DNA of 64,000 nt. Source: a virus. The DNA lies in the IMG/VR virus record IMGVR_UViG_3300042197_000370; one strand, written 5' to 3'. The notes under the pieces were generated by a model. The model was not told where the DNA came from, ran no database searches, and worked only from the letters and a program-made list of their open reading frames with translations. Below are positions 54,244 through 63,684 of this stretch, one piece after another. The translations under genes were made by a program, and so were the position numbers. Each line of letters begins with the position of its first letter. Position 1 is the first letter of the stretch.

Positions 54244-55443
54244 TTAATCCTTCTTCTTTTTGTTCTTATTGTCTAAGTAACCACGTTTGTTTGCAGTAGC
54301 CCAAGCAATATCTTCTGCCTTATCAGCACTCTTACCGGATTTCATTTCAGACTTTTTAATGTGCTGTACCATGCGGTCAACTTTTGCGCCTTCCATCATA
54401 CCTGGTTGACCTATGCGTTGTGCCGCGGCTTGTGCCATTTCCTTACTACGGTCACGATAAAGCATATCACCCATCTTCTTCATCATCTTATGAAACTTGA
54501 TAGGATCTGAAAATACTTTAATGATTTCGTCTACACGACCGTCTTTAACGGCTTGTTTATAAACACCATATGCAAAACGTGCTTCAGGATATTCTAATGT
54601 TACTGTGTCATCACCTAACTTAACATCAGCACTTGTGCCATCTTTGGCTGCATATGCAATTGCTTTAGCATTGTCATATCCTACAGATCCGGAACTCATG
54701 TTTTCTGTTAATCCATTAAGACTTTGTTCAACTTGCTTGACCCAACCGCTAACATCGCTTGAACCAATTTCATCAACATCACCAACAAAGTCAGCAACAT
54801 CATCTACTGCTTGTCCAACTTTCTCAGGACCATGCTTTGCTAATAAGTCAGTACGTTGCATCAATATTCTTCTAATGATAGCATTCGCTACTGGATTATC
54901 TGGGCCTTCTATACCCTCACCAACACCACCTGCGGCTACGACGCCACCCTGCATTTCTTGTACCTTCTTACCTTCTAGGTATTCTGCAATGGTGTTTAAG
55001 TAGTCTGCTGCCTTAATAATCTTTTCCTGCACCCAGCCCTCAAGACCTTCATCTTCGCTACGGTCTTTAATTAATCCATAGACTGTTTTAGCATTCTTCA
55101 TGGCTTGTATTAAATCACTACGTGCCATTTCAACTTCATGATCTACACGACTTTTTCCTTTTGGAACAAAACCAAACACCTTAGGTTTTTCTGCTCTCAT
55201 TAAGAACATATCTTCTTCAGATAGTTCATCTTCTTTAATAGCACTTTCGCTAATGCTATTTGTATATGGGCCTTTCTTCTTTGCTTTGCCAAACATGACC
55301 TTATCTGCTGGTTCTAATCCAGCAACTTTGGGTCCTGCTTTAGGTCTTTTTTGTGTCTCGCCCATAGGCTTTGCAACTGCGGCTACTGAGCCTGATGCAG
55401 TTGCCCCTGCGGTTGTTTCATTTATAATGTTTTCTATTTTCAT
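54244..55443 (-). CDS. Modular putative internal head protein
   Basis: MKIENIINE start; ISE/IKE/VGE/LTE/MME boundaries; DHEVEMARSDL..GWVQEKI module. Confidence 0.8.
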   Translation of the reverse strand: MKIENIINETTAGATASGSVAAVAKPMGETQKRPKAGPKVAGLEPADKVMFGKAKKKGPYTNSISESAIKEDELSEEDMFLMRAEKPKVFGFVPKGKSRVDHEVEMARSDLIQAMKNAKTVYGLIKDRSEDEGLEGWVQEKIIKAADYLNTIAEYLEGKKVQEMQGGVVAAGGVGEGIEGPDNPVANAIIRRILMQRTDLLAKHGPEKVGQAVDDVADFVGDVDEIGSSDVSGWVKQVEQSLNGLTENMSSGSVGYDNAKAIAYAAKDGTSADVKLGDDTVTLEYPEARFAYGVYKQAVKDGRVDEIIKVFSDPIKFHKMMKKMGDMLYRDRSKEMAQAAAQRIGQPGMMEGAKVDRMVQHIKKSEMKSGKSADKAEDIAWATANKRGYLDNKNKKKKD

Positions 55444-55466
55444 GGTCTAAATCCGTACTAATGTAG

Positions 55467-55502
55467 TATTTATCTGAAATACGGCAATATGACTTATAAA
55501 TA
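55467..55502. promoter_or_regulatory. Back-to-back late promoters
   Basis: Minus-strand ATAAATA at 55473-55467; plus-strand TATAAATA at 55495-55502, 5 nt before ATG 55508. Confidence 0.55.
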
Positions 55503-55507
55503 AAAAC

Positions 55508-56671
55508 ATGATAATCAACTTAAACAAAATACCTAGCATAGAATTCGATCTACTTAAGGGAGGGTGCAAAGTAGAAGAATTGCGTCAGTCCGTACTCAAC
55601 TACATTTATGAGAGTAAAAACTCGTCAATATGTAAGAATAACAAGATTTTCTTATTAAAATGCACACAATACAAAGGTCTATATGAAGTTTCTGTGGGTG
55701 ATATTTTAGGTCCTGATATTATTAAATCCATACAAAATAAGGAGATAATGTTAGGGATAGATTGCTCTTCGGAAGCACATTACGGAATGGTAGATGTTGC
55801 CTATGAGATAGCAGAAGAATTATATTTACCTAAAAGTCAGATTTTACTTATAACCAGTTCCACTGATATGGAATCATACATGAAGAGTAAGTATGAAGAA
55901 CATATTCATTTAGAATCGTATGATCATTTTGAAAAATTAGCACAAAGACAGATAAAGAGTTATAAGTTTACAGACCATGTTAAACCGTTGGAGTACCAAA
56001 AGAAATTTATCTGTCTTAATAGAATGTTACGTGATCATAGAGTAGCATTATTACACCTACTATATGAAAAAGATTTGCTTAGACAAGGATACGTAAGTTG
56101 TCCAACGGTTGAAGATTACCATAAATTTGCGCCGGCACTACGGGTAAAAATTAACGTACATGAACAAATGAGAAATCTTTTTCCTAAACTTGCAGATAGA
56201 TTGAACTATGACCAGCAAATAAATGATATGTTGCCAATGATAGTAGATACAAATCAAATTATGGAGTTTAATTTAGCATATGGATTACCACAGAACTTTG
56301 GTTTAGAACCCTATTATACTACGTCATACTTTAGCGTAGTTTCAGAAACATATTTCTTCAATAATAACCCAACGTTCATCACAGAAAAGATTTATAAACC
56401 AATTGCTTATAAACATCCTTTCATCGTATCAGGAACATACAATATACTAAAACATCTAAGAAGCAAAGGCTATAAAACGTTTGATGGTGTAATAGATGAA
56501 AGTTATGACTCTATAGAAGATGAGACAGAACGTTTAATAGCAGTTGCTAATGAGATACAACGATTGTGTTCGCTTACACCTGCTGAAGTTATAGAGTTTA
56601 ATAATAGAACAAAAGAAATTGTTGATTACAATCAACAAGTCTTAATAAGTAAGAAAAATTTCATGCAATAA
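55508..56671 (+). CDS. Putative glycosyltransferase-like protein, paralog 3 of 3
   Basis: FICLNR..RDHR, SVVSET, TEKIYKP, HPFI, GYKTF, DESYD. Confidence 0.6.
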   Translation: MIINLNKIPSIEFDLLKGGCKVEELRQSVLNYIYESKNSSICKNNKIFLLKCTQYKGLYEVSVGDILGPDIIKSIQNKEIMLGIDCSSEAHYGMVDVAYEIAEELYLPKSQILLITSSTDMESYMKSKYEEHIHLESYDHFEKLAQRQIKSYKFTDHVKPLEYQKKFICLNRMLRDHRVALLHLLYEKDLLRQGYVSCPTVEDYHKFAPALRVKINVHEQMRNLFPKLADRLNYDQQINDMLPMIVDTNQIMEFNLAYGLPQNFGLEPYYTTSYFSVVSETYFFNNNPTFITEKIYKPIAYKHPFIVSGTYNILKHLRSKGYKTFDGVIDESYDSIEDETERLIAVANEIQRLCSLTPAEVIEFNNRTKEIVDYNQQVLISKKNFMQ

Positions 56672-56693
56672 AAAAGCCCCTTTCGGGGCTTTT
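56672..56693. terminator. Bidirectional intrinsic terminator
   Basis: aaaagcccc-tttc-ggggctttt between convergent genes. Confidence 0.85.
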
Positions 56694-56694
56694 C

Positions 56695-57573
56695 TTATTT
56701 TGCTTCCTGTTGCTTTTTCTGCTCTTGTGCCTGAACATACATTGGGCCAATGTTGTCAAGTAAGTACTGCTGATTTTCCATACAGAAAACATAACTACCA
56801 CTGTGACGTAGTAATACACGTTTATCAACGTAAATCTTGCCACCAAGATCACGCCAGTTTTCACAGAAGGTCCAATCTTCGCTGTAGTAACGATTCTGAC
56901 GAACTGCGGTATCAAAGTATGTCTTTAAGTGTTGATCATACTTTGGATCTAATCCGATATCATTCTTATACTGCTTTACAGCAGGATGACTGTTCAACTT
57001 TTGGAATACGTGTTTCTTCATCAACAAGAAACCAGTTCCTGCTTTGCTTACTTCTTGTAATCCATCTGGTCCTTCTTCAGCACCCTCGAATCCATTAACT
57101 ACCCACTTGATAGGCATAGTCTTCATTGGGTACAATCCACCGATAACATCCTTATCACGGTTTAACAAAACCAACAAATGCCATGGCTCCCAACCAATGT
57201 CAGCATCAACAAAGAATAAGTGTGTTGCGTCTGGCATATCTAAGAACTTAGCAGTAAGTGTATTACGTGCGCGGCTAATGAGACTTTCATTAACCATTGT
57301 TTCTAATGTCCAGTCAATACCAAGTTGACGGGCTGTGTTAGCCCACTTAATAAATGACATAAATGTAGATTCAGTTAACATACCACCATAACATGGCATA
57401 GCGATATGCACACGTGTGGTTCTTAAATAGTCTACGTTTACTTGAATTTGTCCCTGTTGATTTGTGGGCTTATCAGTTATAACTGGATTAGCAGGAGTAC
57501 CTACTCCTTGCTGTGCTGCGATTTCTTGTACCTTTTCAACTGGTACAGTCTTTTCTGATTTTTTGCGGGCCAT
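56695..57573 (-). CDS. GT-A (GT2-like) glycosyltransferase
   Basis: IAMPCYGG, ESLISRARN, FVDADI (DxD), YSEDWTFC. Confidence 0.8.
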   Translation of the reverse strand: MARKKSEKTVPVEKVQEIAAQQGVGTPANPVITDKPTNQQGQIQVNVDYLRTTRVHIAMPCYGGMLTESTFMSFIKWANTARQLGIDWTLETMVNESLISRARNTLTAKFLDMPDATHLFFVDADIGWEPWHLLVLLNRDKDVIGGLYPMKTMPIKWVVNGFEGAEEGPDGLQEVSKAGTGFLLMKKHVFQKLNSHPAVKQYKNDIGLDPKYDQHLKTYFDTAVRQNRYYSEDWTFCENWRDLGGKIYVDKRVLLRHSGSYVFCMENQQYLLDNIGPMYVQAQEQKKQQEAK

Positions 57574-57623
57574 GTGTTCCTCTCAAAGTATAAACATATT
57601 TACTGAGGAAACAGGTGATGAAA

Positions 57624-58271
57624 TTATTTTTCTGGAAGATAATCAGCACTTTCGGAAACCATTGTTTCTTCAGTGTTTTCTGCTAGTTCACCGCTCATAC
57701 CTATGTCTAACATTTTAACAACGGTCTGTGCTAATTTAGGATTTTTCTGAGTTGATGGGTATAAACTCATAACCATTGCAGTCTTTTGTCTATCATTAAG
57801 ATTGGGCCATGCATTACGTATTTCTGTAGCACTTTTAATGCCGGGGCCAAACTCTACAGTTGGTAGATATGCAATGTAAGCATGCTTACTAAATGGTTGT
57901 AGATTCTTTCCTGTCCATGGCTGAAAGTACGCAGGGCTACCATCTTTTTTAGTACCACCAGGCTTAGGCTGTTCGGTCTTGTCTTTCTCGCTACGTACAA
58001 ATATTAGTACATCCTCTTGTGGATCGTATTTACTTGTAATCTCTTCTGCTTTAAAAGGACTCTTAACTTGTACAAAACGTCCAGGCTCAACACCTGCAAG
58101 TTTCGCTAGTTTCTCTTTTATTGAGAAGGGGAAGGGTCTTGTTTTAGTATCGTTAGTTGCTGCCACGTATACATCTGCTTGTGGGAAGGCTTCTAATGCA
58201 CTTTTATATAATGCATAATGTCCTGCATGAAATGGATGAAACCCGCCGGGCATAACAACTATCTGTTTCAT
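57624..58271 (-). CDS. Cytidylyltransferase-like / HIGH nucleotidyltransferase
   Basis: PGGFHPFHAGH and SATEIR motifs. Confidence 0.8.
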   Translation of the reverse strand: MKQIVVMPGGFHPFHAGHYALYKSALEAFPQADVYVAATNDTKTRPFPFSIKEKLAKLAGVEPGRFVQVKSPFKAEEITSKYDPQEDVLIFVRSEKDKTEQPKPGGTKKDGSPAYFQPWTGKNLQPFSKHAYIAYLPTVEFGPGIKSATEIRNAWPNLNDRQKTAMVMSLYPSTQKNPKLAQTVVKMLDIGMSGELAENTEETMVSESADYLPEK

Positions 58272-58272
58272 A

Positions 58273-58659
58273 TTAGTAAGTCAACTTTACGTAATTAACT
58301 ACACCACCCTGAAAATCTTCTACCTTGGCTCTTAAATAAACAAAGTTACCTTCTACGTTAGTATACATTCTAGCGTTACTAGCAATCTGAGGTGCGCTGT
58401 TTGGACTAGCATTGGCATTAGCCACTAGTTCGTAAACATCGAACCAGTCATTTGACGTAGGATCAGTTGCTAAACTTGCCTCTATAACAATATTTCCAGT
58501 GCAATTAGTTAAACTGATATTAACTGTTTGTAGGTCTTGATTACCTAAATAATAAGCGGCAGCAGGTTGACTGTTACCAGTCACCGTGTAAGGTGCACCG
58601 TTACCTGGATTAAGGTAAGAAGTTTGTGATAATAATATCAGAGTTGTAGTTTGAGACAT
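58273..58659 (-). CDS. Hypothetical beta-rich protein (probably virion-associated)
   Basis: 128 aa ORF in a late operon. Confidence 0.75.
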   Translation of the reverse strand: MSQTTTLILLSQTSYLNPGNGAPYTVTGNSQPAAAYYLGNQDLQTVNISLTNCTGNIVIEASLATDPTSNDWFDVYELVANANASPNSAPQIASNARMYTNVEGNFVYLRAKVEDFQGGVVNYVKLTY

Positions 58660-58829
58660 TATTCTGCCCCCACAACCTCTACGATAACACCATCGCCTAC
58701 TAGTTCTTGGGCTACTTGCTCTAGTGCTTGCTGAATTTCACGGCTAGCAATGACTTCTTTAGAACCGTCGCTATCCTTGACAATTTTACTGAATTTTACT
58801 ACTAGAACATCTTCAACTATTTTCGCCAT
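58659..58829 (-). CDS. Small protein (56 aa), not in ORF track
   Basis: MAKIVEDVLVVKFSKIVKD...GDGVIVEVVGAE; GGAG SD, ATAAATA at 58859-58853, TAATG coupling. Confidence 0.72.
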   Translation of the reverse strand: MAKIVEDVLVVKFSKIVKDSDGSKEVIASREIQQALEQVAQELVGDGVIVEVVGAE

Positions 58830-59535
58830 CTAAATACTCCATTTTCTCAGAGTATTTATGCTTATTCTGCTCAGATTCTAATTTGTAGATTTTGGACGAA
58901 AGTATCCCGGGAAACACTAATCTTAGCAAAGTCAGCATACTTTCTTCGTTGTAGTCTATATAATAACTATTATGCATCCAACGGCTTGAGTTGATTCTAC
59001 CATTGGAAACCGCGTGAACTAATGCACTGGAAATCTTAACACTATCTCTAGTTTTGTAATTTTCAACAAAAGAGCATATTTGGTCTACTTTATCACTATC
59101 TAGTCTGATGCCCTTTAAGTAAATCCTATAGTCATGTTTAGGCTTATTCTTAAAGAATTTGACTCCCGGAGCAATAACGTTGGCCTCAGTATATTGGATA
59201 TCACTACCAATCTCTTCCAGTGTTTTTAGAAGTTCTAAGTCATTAGAAAACACAGCAAACGTATCATACTCAATTCGTATGATTGAGTCCTTCTTATATG
59301 TATTACGCCATTTAATAAAGAATTCAATAGCGTTTAAATCTAAATCATCATTGCTATACTGTTTTCCATAATGCCATGGATCCTGCCTACGCTTCTCTAT
59401 TTTCTTTTGGAAGTCTTTAACTGTAGTACAATAATAAGTAAATCTTACACCCAACAGTTGGCATGTTGCGCGGTACTTGTACTTGTTAAAGAATAGTTTA
59501 TCACGGTCTTCCAGGTTCAACTTGAATGATTCCAT
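58813..59535 (-). CDS. Hypothetical phage protein
   Basis: 240 aa ORF. Confidence 0.75.
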   Translation of the reverse strand: MESFKLNLEDRDKLFFNKYKYRATCQLLGVRFTYYCTTVKDFQKKIEKRRQDPWHYGKQYSNDDLDLNAIEFFIKWRNTYKKDSIIRIEYDTFAVFSNDLELLKTLEEIGSDIQYTEANVIAPGVKFFKNKPKHDYRIYLKGIRLDSDKVDQICSFVENYKTRDSVKISSALVHAVSNGRINSSRWMHNSYYIDYNEESMLTLLRLVFPGILSSKIYKLESEQNKHKYSEKMEYLDGENS

Positions 59536-61780
59536 CTTCTCCCACCATTGCGGTTACTTTTTGTGAAACACTAAAATCAATTTCTTGATTTTCATTTAAC
59601 ACGGCCATTACGTTAGCACTGTTGATACGCTCAAACAAAATCTTTTTAGATAGTGGGACACGAATCATTTCATCAATCTTACGTGCTAATGGTCTAGCAC
59701 CCATCTTCTTATCATAACCCTTATCAGCCAAATACTCAACAACAGGTTCGCTAAGGTTGAGAGTAATGTTATGCTTTTCTAATAGACTCTTCTTAAGTTC
59801 ATCAGTAAACTTAATTACAATCTTTTTAATGGATAGCATATCAAGTTTATTAAACTTACATACAAGGTCAAGACGATTACGAAACTCAGGCTTAAAGAAG
59901 TCCTTCAATGCTTTCTCATCTTCTCCTGACTTTTCCATGTCACCGAAGCCAATGTTATTACGTTCACTATCAGCACTACCCAAATTACTGGTCATGATAA
60001 TGATAGTATTTTTACAACTGACCTTCTTACCATTACTACCTGTGATTGTACCCTCATCAAGCATTTGTAAAAAGATATTGAAGATATCGGGGTGAGCCTT
60101 TTCAACTTCATCAAACAACATGATAGCATGTGGATTCTTACTCAAGTCACTAATCAAACGACCACCTTGTACTTGGCTATCACCAAAGCCAACATAACCA
60201 GGAGGAGGACCAATCAATGAACTAACACTATGCTTTTCACTGTACTCGCTCATGTCATATTTGAGCAATGGCATGTCGAGATTTTTACTCAATAATTTAG
60301 CAAGTTCTGTTTTACCAGTACCAGTAGGACCCAAAAATAAGAAACTTGCTGTTGGTTTAGTTTCATTACCAATACCGGCAAATGAAACGTAAACACGTTC
60401 AAGAACCTTTTCAACAGTTTCATCTTGTCCGTACAACTTACTCTTAACATTGATATCAAGGTTTTGTATCCTATCAAAATTATCACTATTCAATTTGTCA
60501 GCGGGTACGCCAGTAAACTTCTCAACTTGGTCATGCACTAGTTGCTTAGTAATGATTGCATCTTCATTACCCAATACTTTTTGTTTAGCACAGGCTGCAT
60601 CAAGCAAGTCAATGCTCTTGTCAGGATTCTTACGGTCATTGATATAACGACCTGCATTTTCTACAGCCGCTTTAATTGCTTCATCAGTAATATTAACTTT
60701 ATGGAAGTCATTAAGTCTTGCAGCCAATCCACTGAGAATGCGAATCGTAGTTTCTTCAGTAGGCTCATCAATGCTTACACGATAGAATCTGCGCATCAAT
60801 GCACGATCCTTTTCGAAACTCTCGTAGAATTCTTCCCATGTTGTACTTGCAATAACTTTCAATGTTCCCTTAGTGATTGCAGGCTTGATCATGTTAGCAA
60901 AGTCAACACTACCATTGCTGCCACTTCCTGCGTTCTGCATAGTATGTGCTTCGTCAATGAATAGAATGGCTTTCTTTTTAGTATTCAATGCATCAATAAC
61001 GTGTTTGACCTTTTCTTCAAAGTCACCACGGTAGCGACTGCCTGCAAGCAAACTACCAATCTCAAGGCTGTATAGTTCGTGATCTTCAAGGAACTCAGGA
61101 ACTTCATTGTTTACAATTGCTAGTGCGATGCCCTCTGCGATGGCAGTTTTACCAACGCCCGGGTCACCCACCATCAATACGTTACTCTTAAATCGCTTAG
61201 CCAATACGTTAATGATATCATCAATCTCTTTATGGCGACCAATGACAGGTTCTAACTTACCTTGTCGTGCAAGTTGAGTCAGATTAATTGTGTGTTCTTC
61301 AAGGATTTCATCTGCTTGATTATCGGTAAGTTTATTGCCGTAATCACTTCCCTTATAAGTTTTCTGCCAGTGTGCAACAAAGTCTTGCTTGTTTACACCG
61401 TACTTCAACAAGAAATAATGGGCATGACTATTACCCTCTGCTGCCATGCTCAAATACAAATCAATTGTAAGTACTTGTCTACGACCAGTAAACAATACTT
61501 GTGTTACACTACGATTCATAACACGCTCAAGGCTGTTAGTCTTACGTGGCATAACATCAGGGTCTTTACTTTCAATAGCATGCAATCCGTTAAGATATGC
61601 TTCTATCTCCGAAACCATCAAATCAGTATCAACATTAAGAGTGTTCAAACATTTCTTAAAGGGAGGGTGAGTAACCAATGCTAACAGTAAATGTTCAATA
61701 GTAACATATTGATGTTTACGTTCTTTAGCACTGGCTATTGCCTGCTCAATAATGTTTTCAATTTCAGGTGAGTTATTCAA
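59501..61780 (-). CDS. clpA: ClpA-type AAA+ chaperone
   Basis: Clp N domain, GDPGVGKT, FIDEAH, GPTGTGKT, LFDEVEKAH, GARPL. Confidence 0.93.
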   Translation of the reverse strand: MNNSPEIENIIEQAIASAKERKHQYVTIEHLLLALVTHPPFKKCLNTLNVDTDLMVSEIEAYLNGLHAIESKDPDVMPRKTNSLERVMNRSVTQVLFTGRRQVLTIDLYLSMAAEGNSHAHYFLLKYGVNKQDFVAHWQKTYKGSDYGNKLTDNQADEILEEHTINLTQLARQGKLEPVIGRHKEIDDIINVLAKRFKSNVLMVGDPGVGKTAIAEGIALAIVNNEVPEFLEDHELYSLEIGSLLAGSRYRGDFEEKVKHVIDALNTKKKAILFIDEAHTMQNAGSGSNGSVDFANMIKPAITKGTLKVIASTTWEEFYESFEKDRALMRRFYRVSIDEPTEETTIRILSGLAARLNDFHKVNITDEAIKAAVENAGRYINDRKNPDKSIDLLDAACAKQKVLGNEDAIITKQLVHDQVEKFTGVPADKLNSDNFDRIQNLDINVKSKLYGQDETVEKVLERVYVSFAGIGNETKPTASFLFLGPTGTGKTELAKLLSKNLDMPLLKYDMSEYSEKHSVSSLIGPPPGYVGFGDSQVQGGRLISDLSKNPHAIMLFDEVEKAHPDIFNIFLQMLDEGTITGSNGKKVSCKNTIIIMTSNLGSADSERNNIGFGDMEKSGEDEKALKDFFKPEFRNRLDLVCKFNKLDMLSIKKIVIKFTDELKKSLLEKHNITLNLSEPVVEYLADKGYDKKMGARPLARKIDEMIRVPLSKKILFERINSANVMAVLNENQEIDFSVSQKVTAMVGEDGIIQVEPGRP

Positions 61781-61801
61781 TGTTTATTTCCTTTTACGTA
61801 T

Positions 61802-62599
61802 TTATTTTGCTTTGAACTTATTGATACTCTCTATGATATCATTTGATATATTATCAGGAATAAATGGTTTAATCAAGAGTATTTGGTCTCCGAACCCTCC
61901 TTTGCCATCAGGCATACCTTCTTTTGGGATACGTAGTTGCATATAAGGCTGTGTGTTTGGCTTTACAGTAACATCCAATGTCTTTCCACTTAAAGTAGTA
62001 AATTGTACTTTAGTACCAACAATTAAGTCTAGCACAGATATTGGTTGATTACTGTATAAGTCTTGCCCACGCCTATCAAATTTTAAATGAGGCATCACTA
62101 CGAATTCAACAATTAGGCTACCCGAATTCAACACGTTTTCATATCTAAGTTGGGCTCCGGTGGCTACACCTTTTGGAACATCAATACTAATGACTTTCAA
62201 GCCCTCATGAGTATGCATTTTAAGAGTATGATTAGCACCAGTGTATGCATCTTCTAATGATACAGTTACTTTAGTTCTATATACTTGTCTACCTTGATTC
62301 TGAAAGGGGTTTGGTCTGCCACCAAACATGTGTGCAAATATATCATTGATATTTTCTCCGTCGATGTTAAAACTAAATCCGCCGGGAAACCCTTGACCTT
62401 GACCAAAAGGATTGGGATTGTCGTACTGTTGTTTCTTTTGTGGGTCGCTTAATACATCGTAGGCGGTTTGAATATCCTGAAACTTGTGGGTATCCCCACC
62501 TTTATCAGGATGATGTTGACTTGCTAGTTTACGATAGGCTTTTTTAATTTCATCGGGCGTAGCATTTCTACTAACGCCCAATGTTTGATAATGATCCAT
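61802..62599 (-). CDS. dnaJ: DnaJ/CbpA-type co-chaperone (no zinc finger)
   Basis: J domain with HHPD, G/F-rich linker, C-terminal substrate domains. Confidence 0.9.
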   Translation of the reverse strand: MDHYQTLGVSRNATPDEIKKAYRKLASQHHPDKGGDTHKFQDIQTAYDVLSDPQKKQQYDNPNPFGQGQGFPGGFSFNIDGENINDIFAHMFGGRPNPFQNQGRQVYRTKVTVSLEDAYTGANHTLKMHTHEGLKVISIDVPKGVATGAQLRYENVLNSGSLIVEFVVMPHLKFDRRGQDLYSNQPISVLDLIVGTKVQFTTLSGKTLDVTVKPNTQPYMQLRIPKEGMPDGKGGFGDQILLIKPFIPDNISNDIIESINKFKAK

Positions 62600-62616
62600 T
62601 CAATATTATAGCATAC

Positions 62617-63132
62617 TTACTTGAGTGAGTTCAAGCCAGGCAGTGACATTCCGGGTGAACCTGCTTGCGCACCATTACCGGGTGCATCTGCTAACTTCTC
62701 TTTTGTTCTACCGTATACTGCGATACCTAGAATTGCGCCCATTGAGATATGGAATAATCCAGCACCCATAAGTGTAACTGGTTGCCATTGTGCTGTTACC
62801 TGACCCTTACTAATTGCTTGAAGCAATGACCAAAGCACTGGGAAAATAATGAAGTCACAAATGCAAACTGCCATATACATCCAGCCCATGCTAGGACGCC
62901 ACTTCTTATTGATCCAATCTTCGTTTGTATTCTTAACTAACACCTCAGCGTTCTGTGCGGCATTGTTACCTGCCTGTGTGAGGTTTAACATCTGGTTGGC
63001 TTGTTCGTTTCTCTGTTGCATTTGTCCGTAAAACTCCTTGTCATCAACCATTGACGTATAATGTTCATCGTTGCGACCAATGACCACCATTTCCTCTTCT
63101 TCGTAACGCTTAGTTAAAACTGTACGCTCCAT
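62617..63132 (-). CDS. Holin-like membrane protein (3TM/GTA-holin-like)
   Basis: KWRPSMGWMYMAVCICDF..P and ILGIAVYGRTKEK. Confidence 0.6.
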   Translation of the reverse strand: MERTVLTKRYEEEEMVVIGRNDEHYTSMVDDKEFYGQMQQRNEQANQMLNLTQAGNNAAQNAEVLVKNTNEDWINKKWRPSMGWMYMAVCICDFIIFPVLWSLLQAISKGQVTAQWQPVTLMGAGLFHISMGAILGIAVYGRTKEKLADAPGNGAQAGSPGMSLPGLNSLK

Positions 63133-63133
63133 T

Positions 63134-63676
63134 TTACATCCCCGCCATGGTTTTTATTTTTGTTATATAGTCGTTGTCAGAATGTATTTTTTTCGTACTA
63201 AGATTTGCAATAGTACGCATCTCGTTCAACTCTTCTTCTTGTTCTTTTTCTATCTTGTACTCGTTTGGATTTAATATGATTACTTGTTTTAATATATCAA
63301 TGTCAGCATCATATGTTTCATCATCAACTTCGATAGTCCAATCTTTTAATTTTAATCCAGTCAATGTTTGCAAATCTTCTAATAATTCAATGATTCTTTC
63401 TGGTACTGCAAGTCTACGATTCATTTCTACAAACACTAAGTATTTGTTTGGTTCAATCTCACCGTCACTTACACTTGCATCTAATACAAAATCATAACCT
63501 CGTTCGAACCAACTTACTAAATCTTCACCGGCCATTTTAGAATTAACAACAAAGGTAACAGTTACGATATCTTTGTCTTTACCCATTTTAGCGGAGTACT
63601 CATCTACAGTGACCTTAGGTTCAACTTGTCCCTGCATATCTTCATAGTCTAAGCCTTCTGTAAGTATTCTGTTCAT
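63134..63676 (-). CDS. Conserved hypothetical, probably virion-associated
   Basis: MNRILTEGL start, AAGGAA SD, internal LNE. Confidence 0.78.
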   Translation of the reverse strand: MNRILTEGLDYEDMQGQVEPKVTVDEYSAKMGKDKDIVTVTFVVNSKMAGEDLVSWFERGYDFVLDASVSDGEIEPNKYLVFVEMNRRLAVPERIIELLEDLQTLTGLKLKDWTIEVDDETYDADIDILKQVIILNPNEYKIEKEQEEELNEMRTIANLSTKKIHSDNDYITKIKTMAGM

Positions 63677-63684
63677 AATGTTCC

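Noticed and set aside
24-63497. Dozens of 60-140 aa track ORFs antisense to or nested in long genes (e.g. 540..809+, 1163..1669+, 5454..5807+, 45576..45881+, 56700..57098+, 60542..60964+)
   Set aside because: They are shadows of well-supported opposite-strand genes, with no SD, coupling or recognisable motif.
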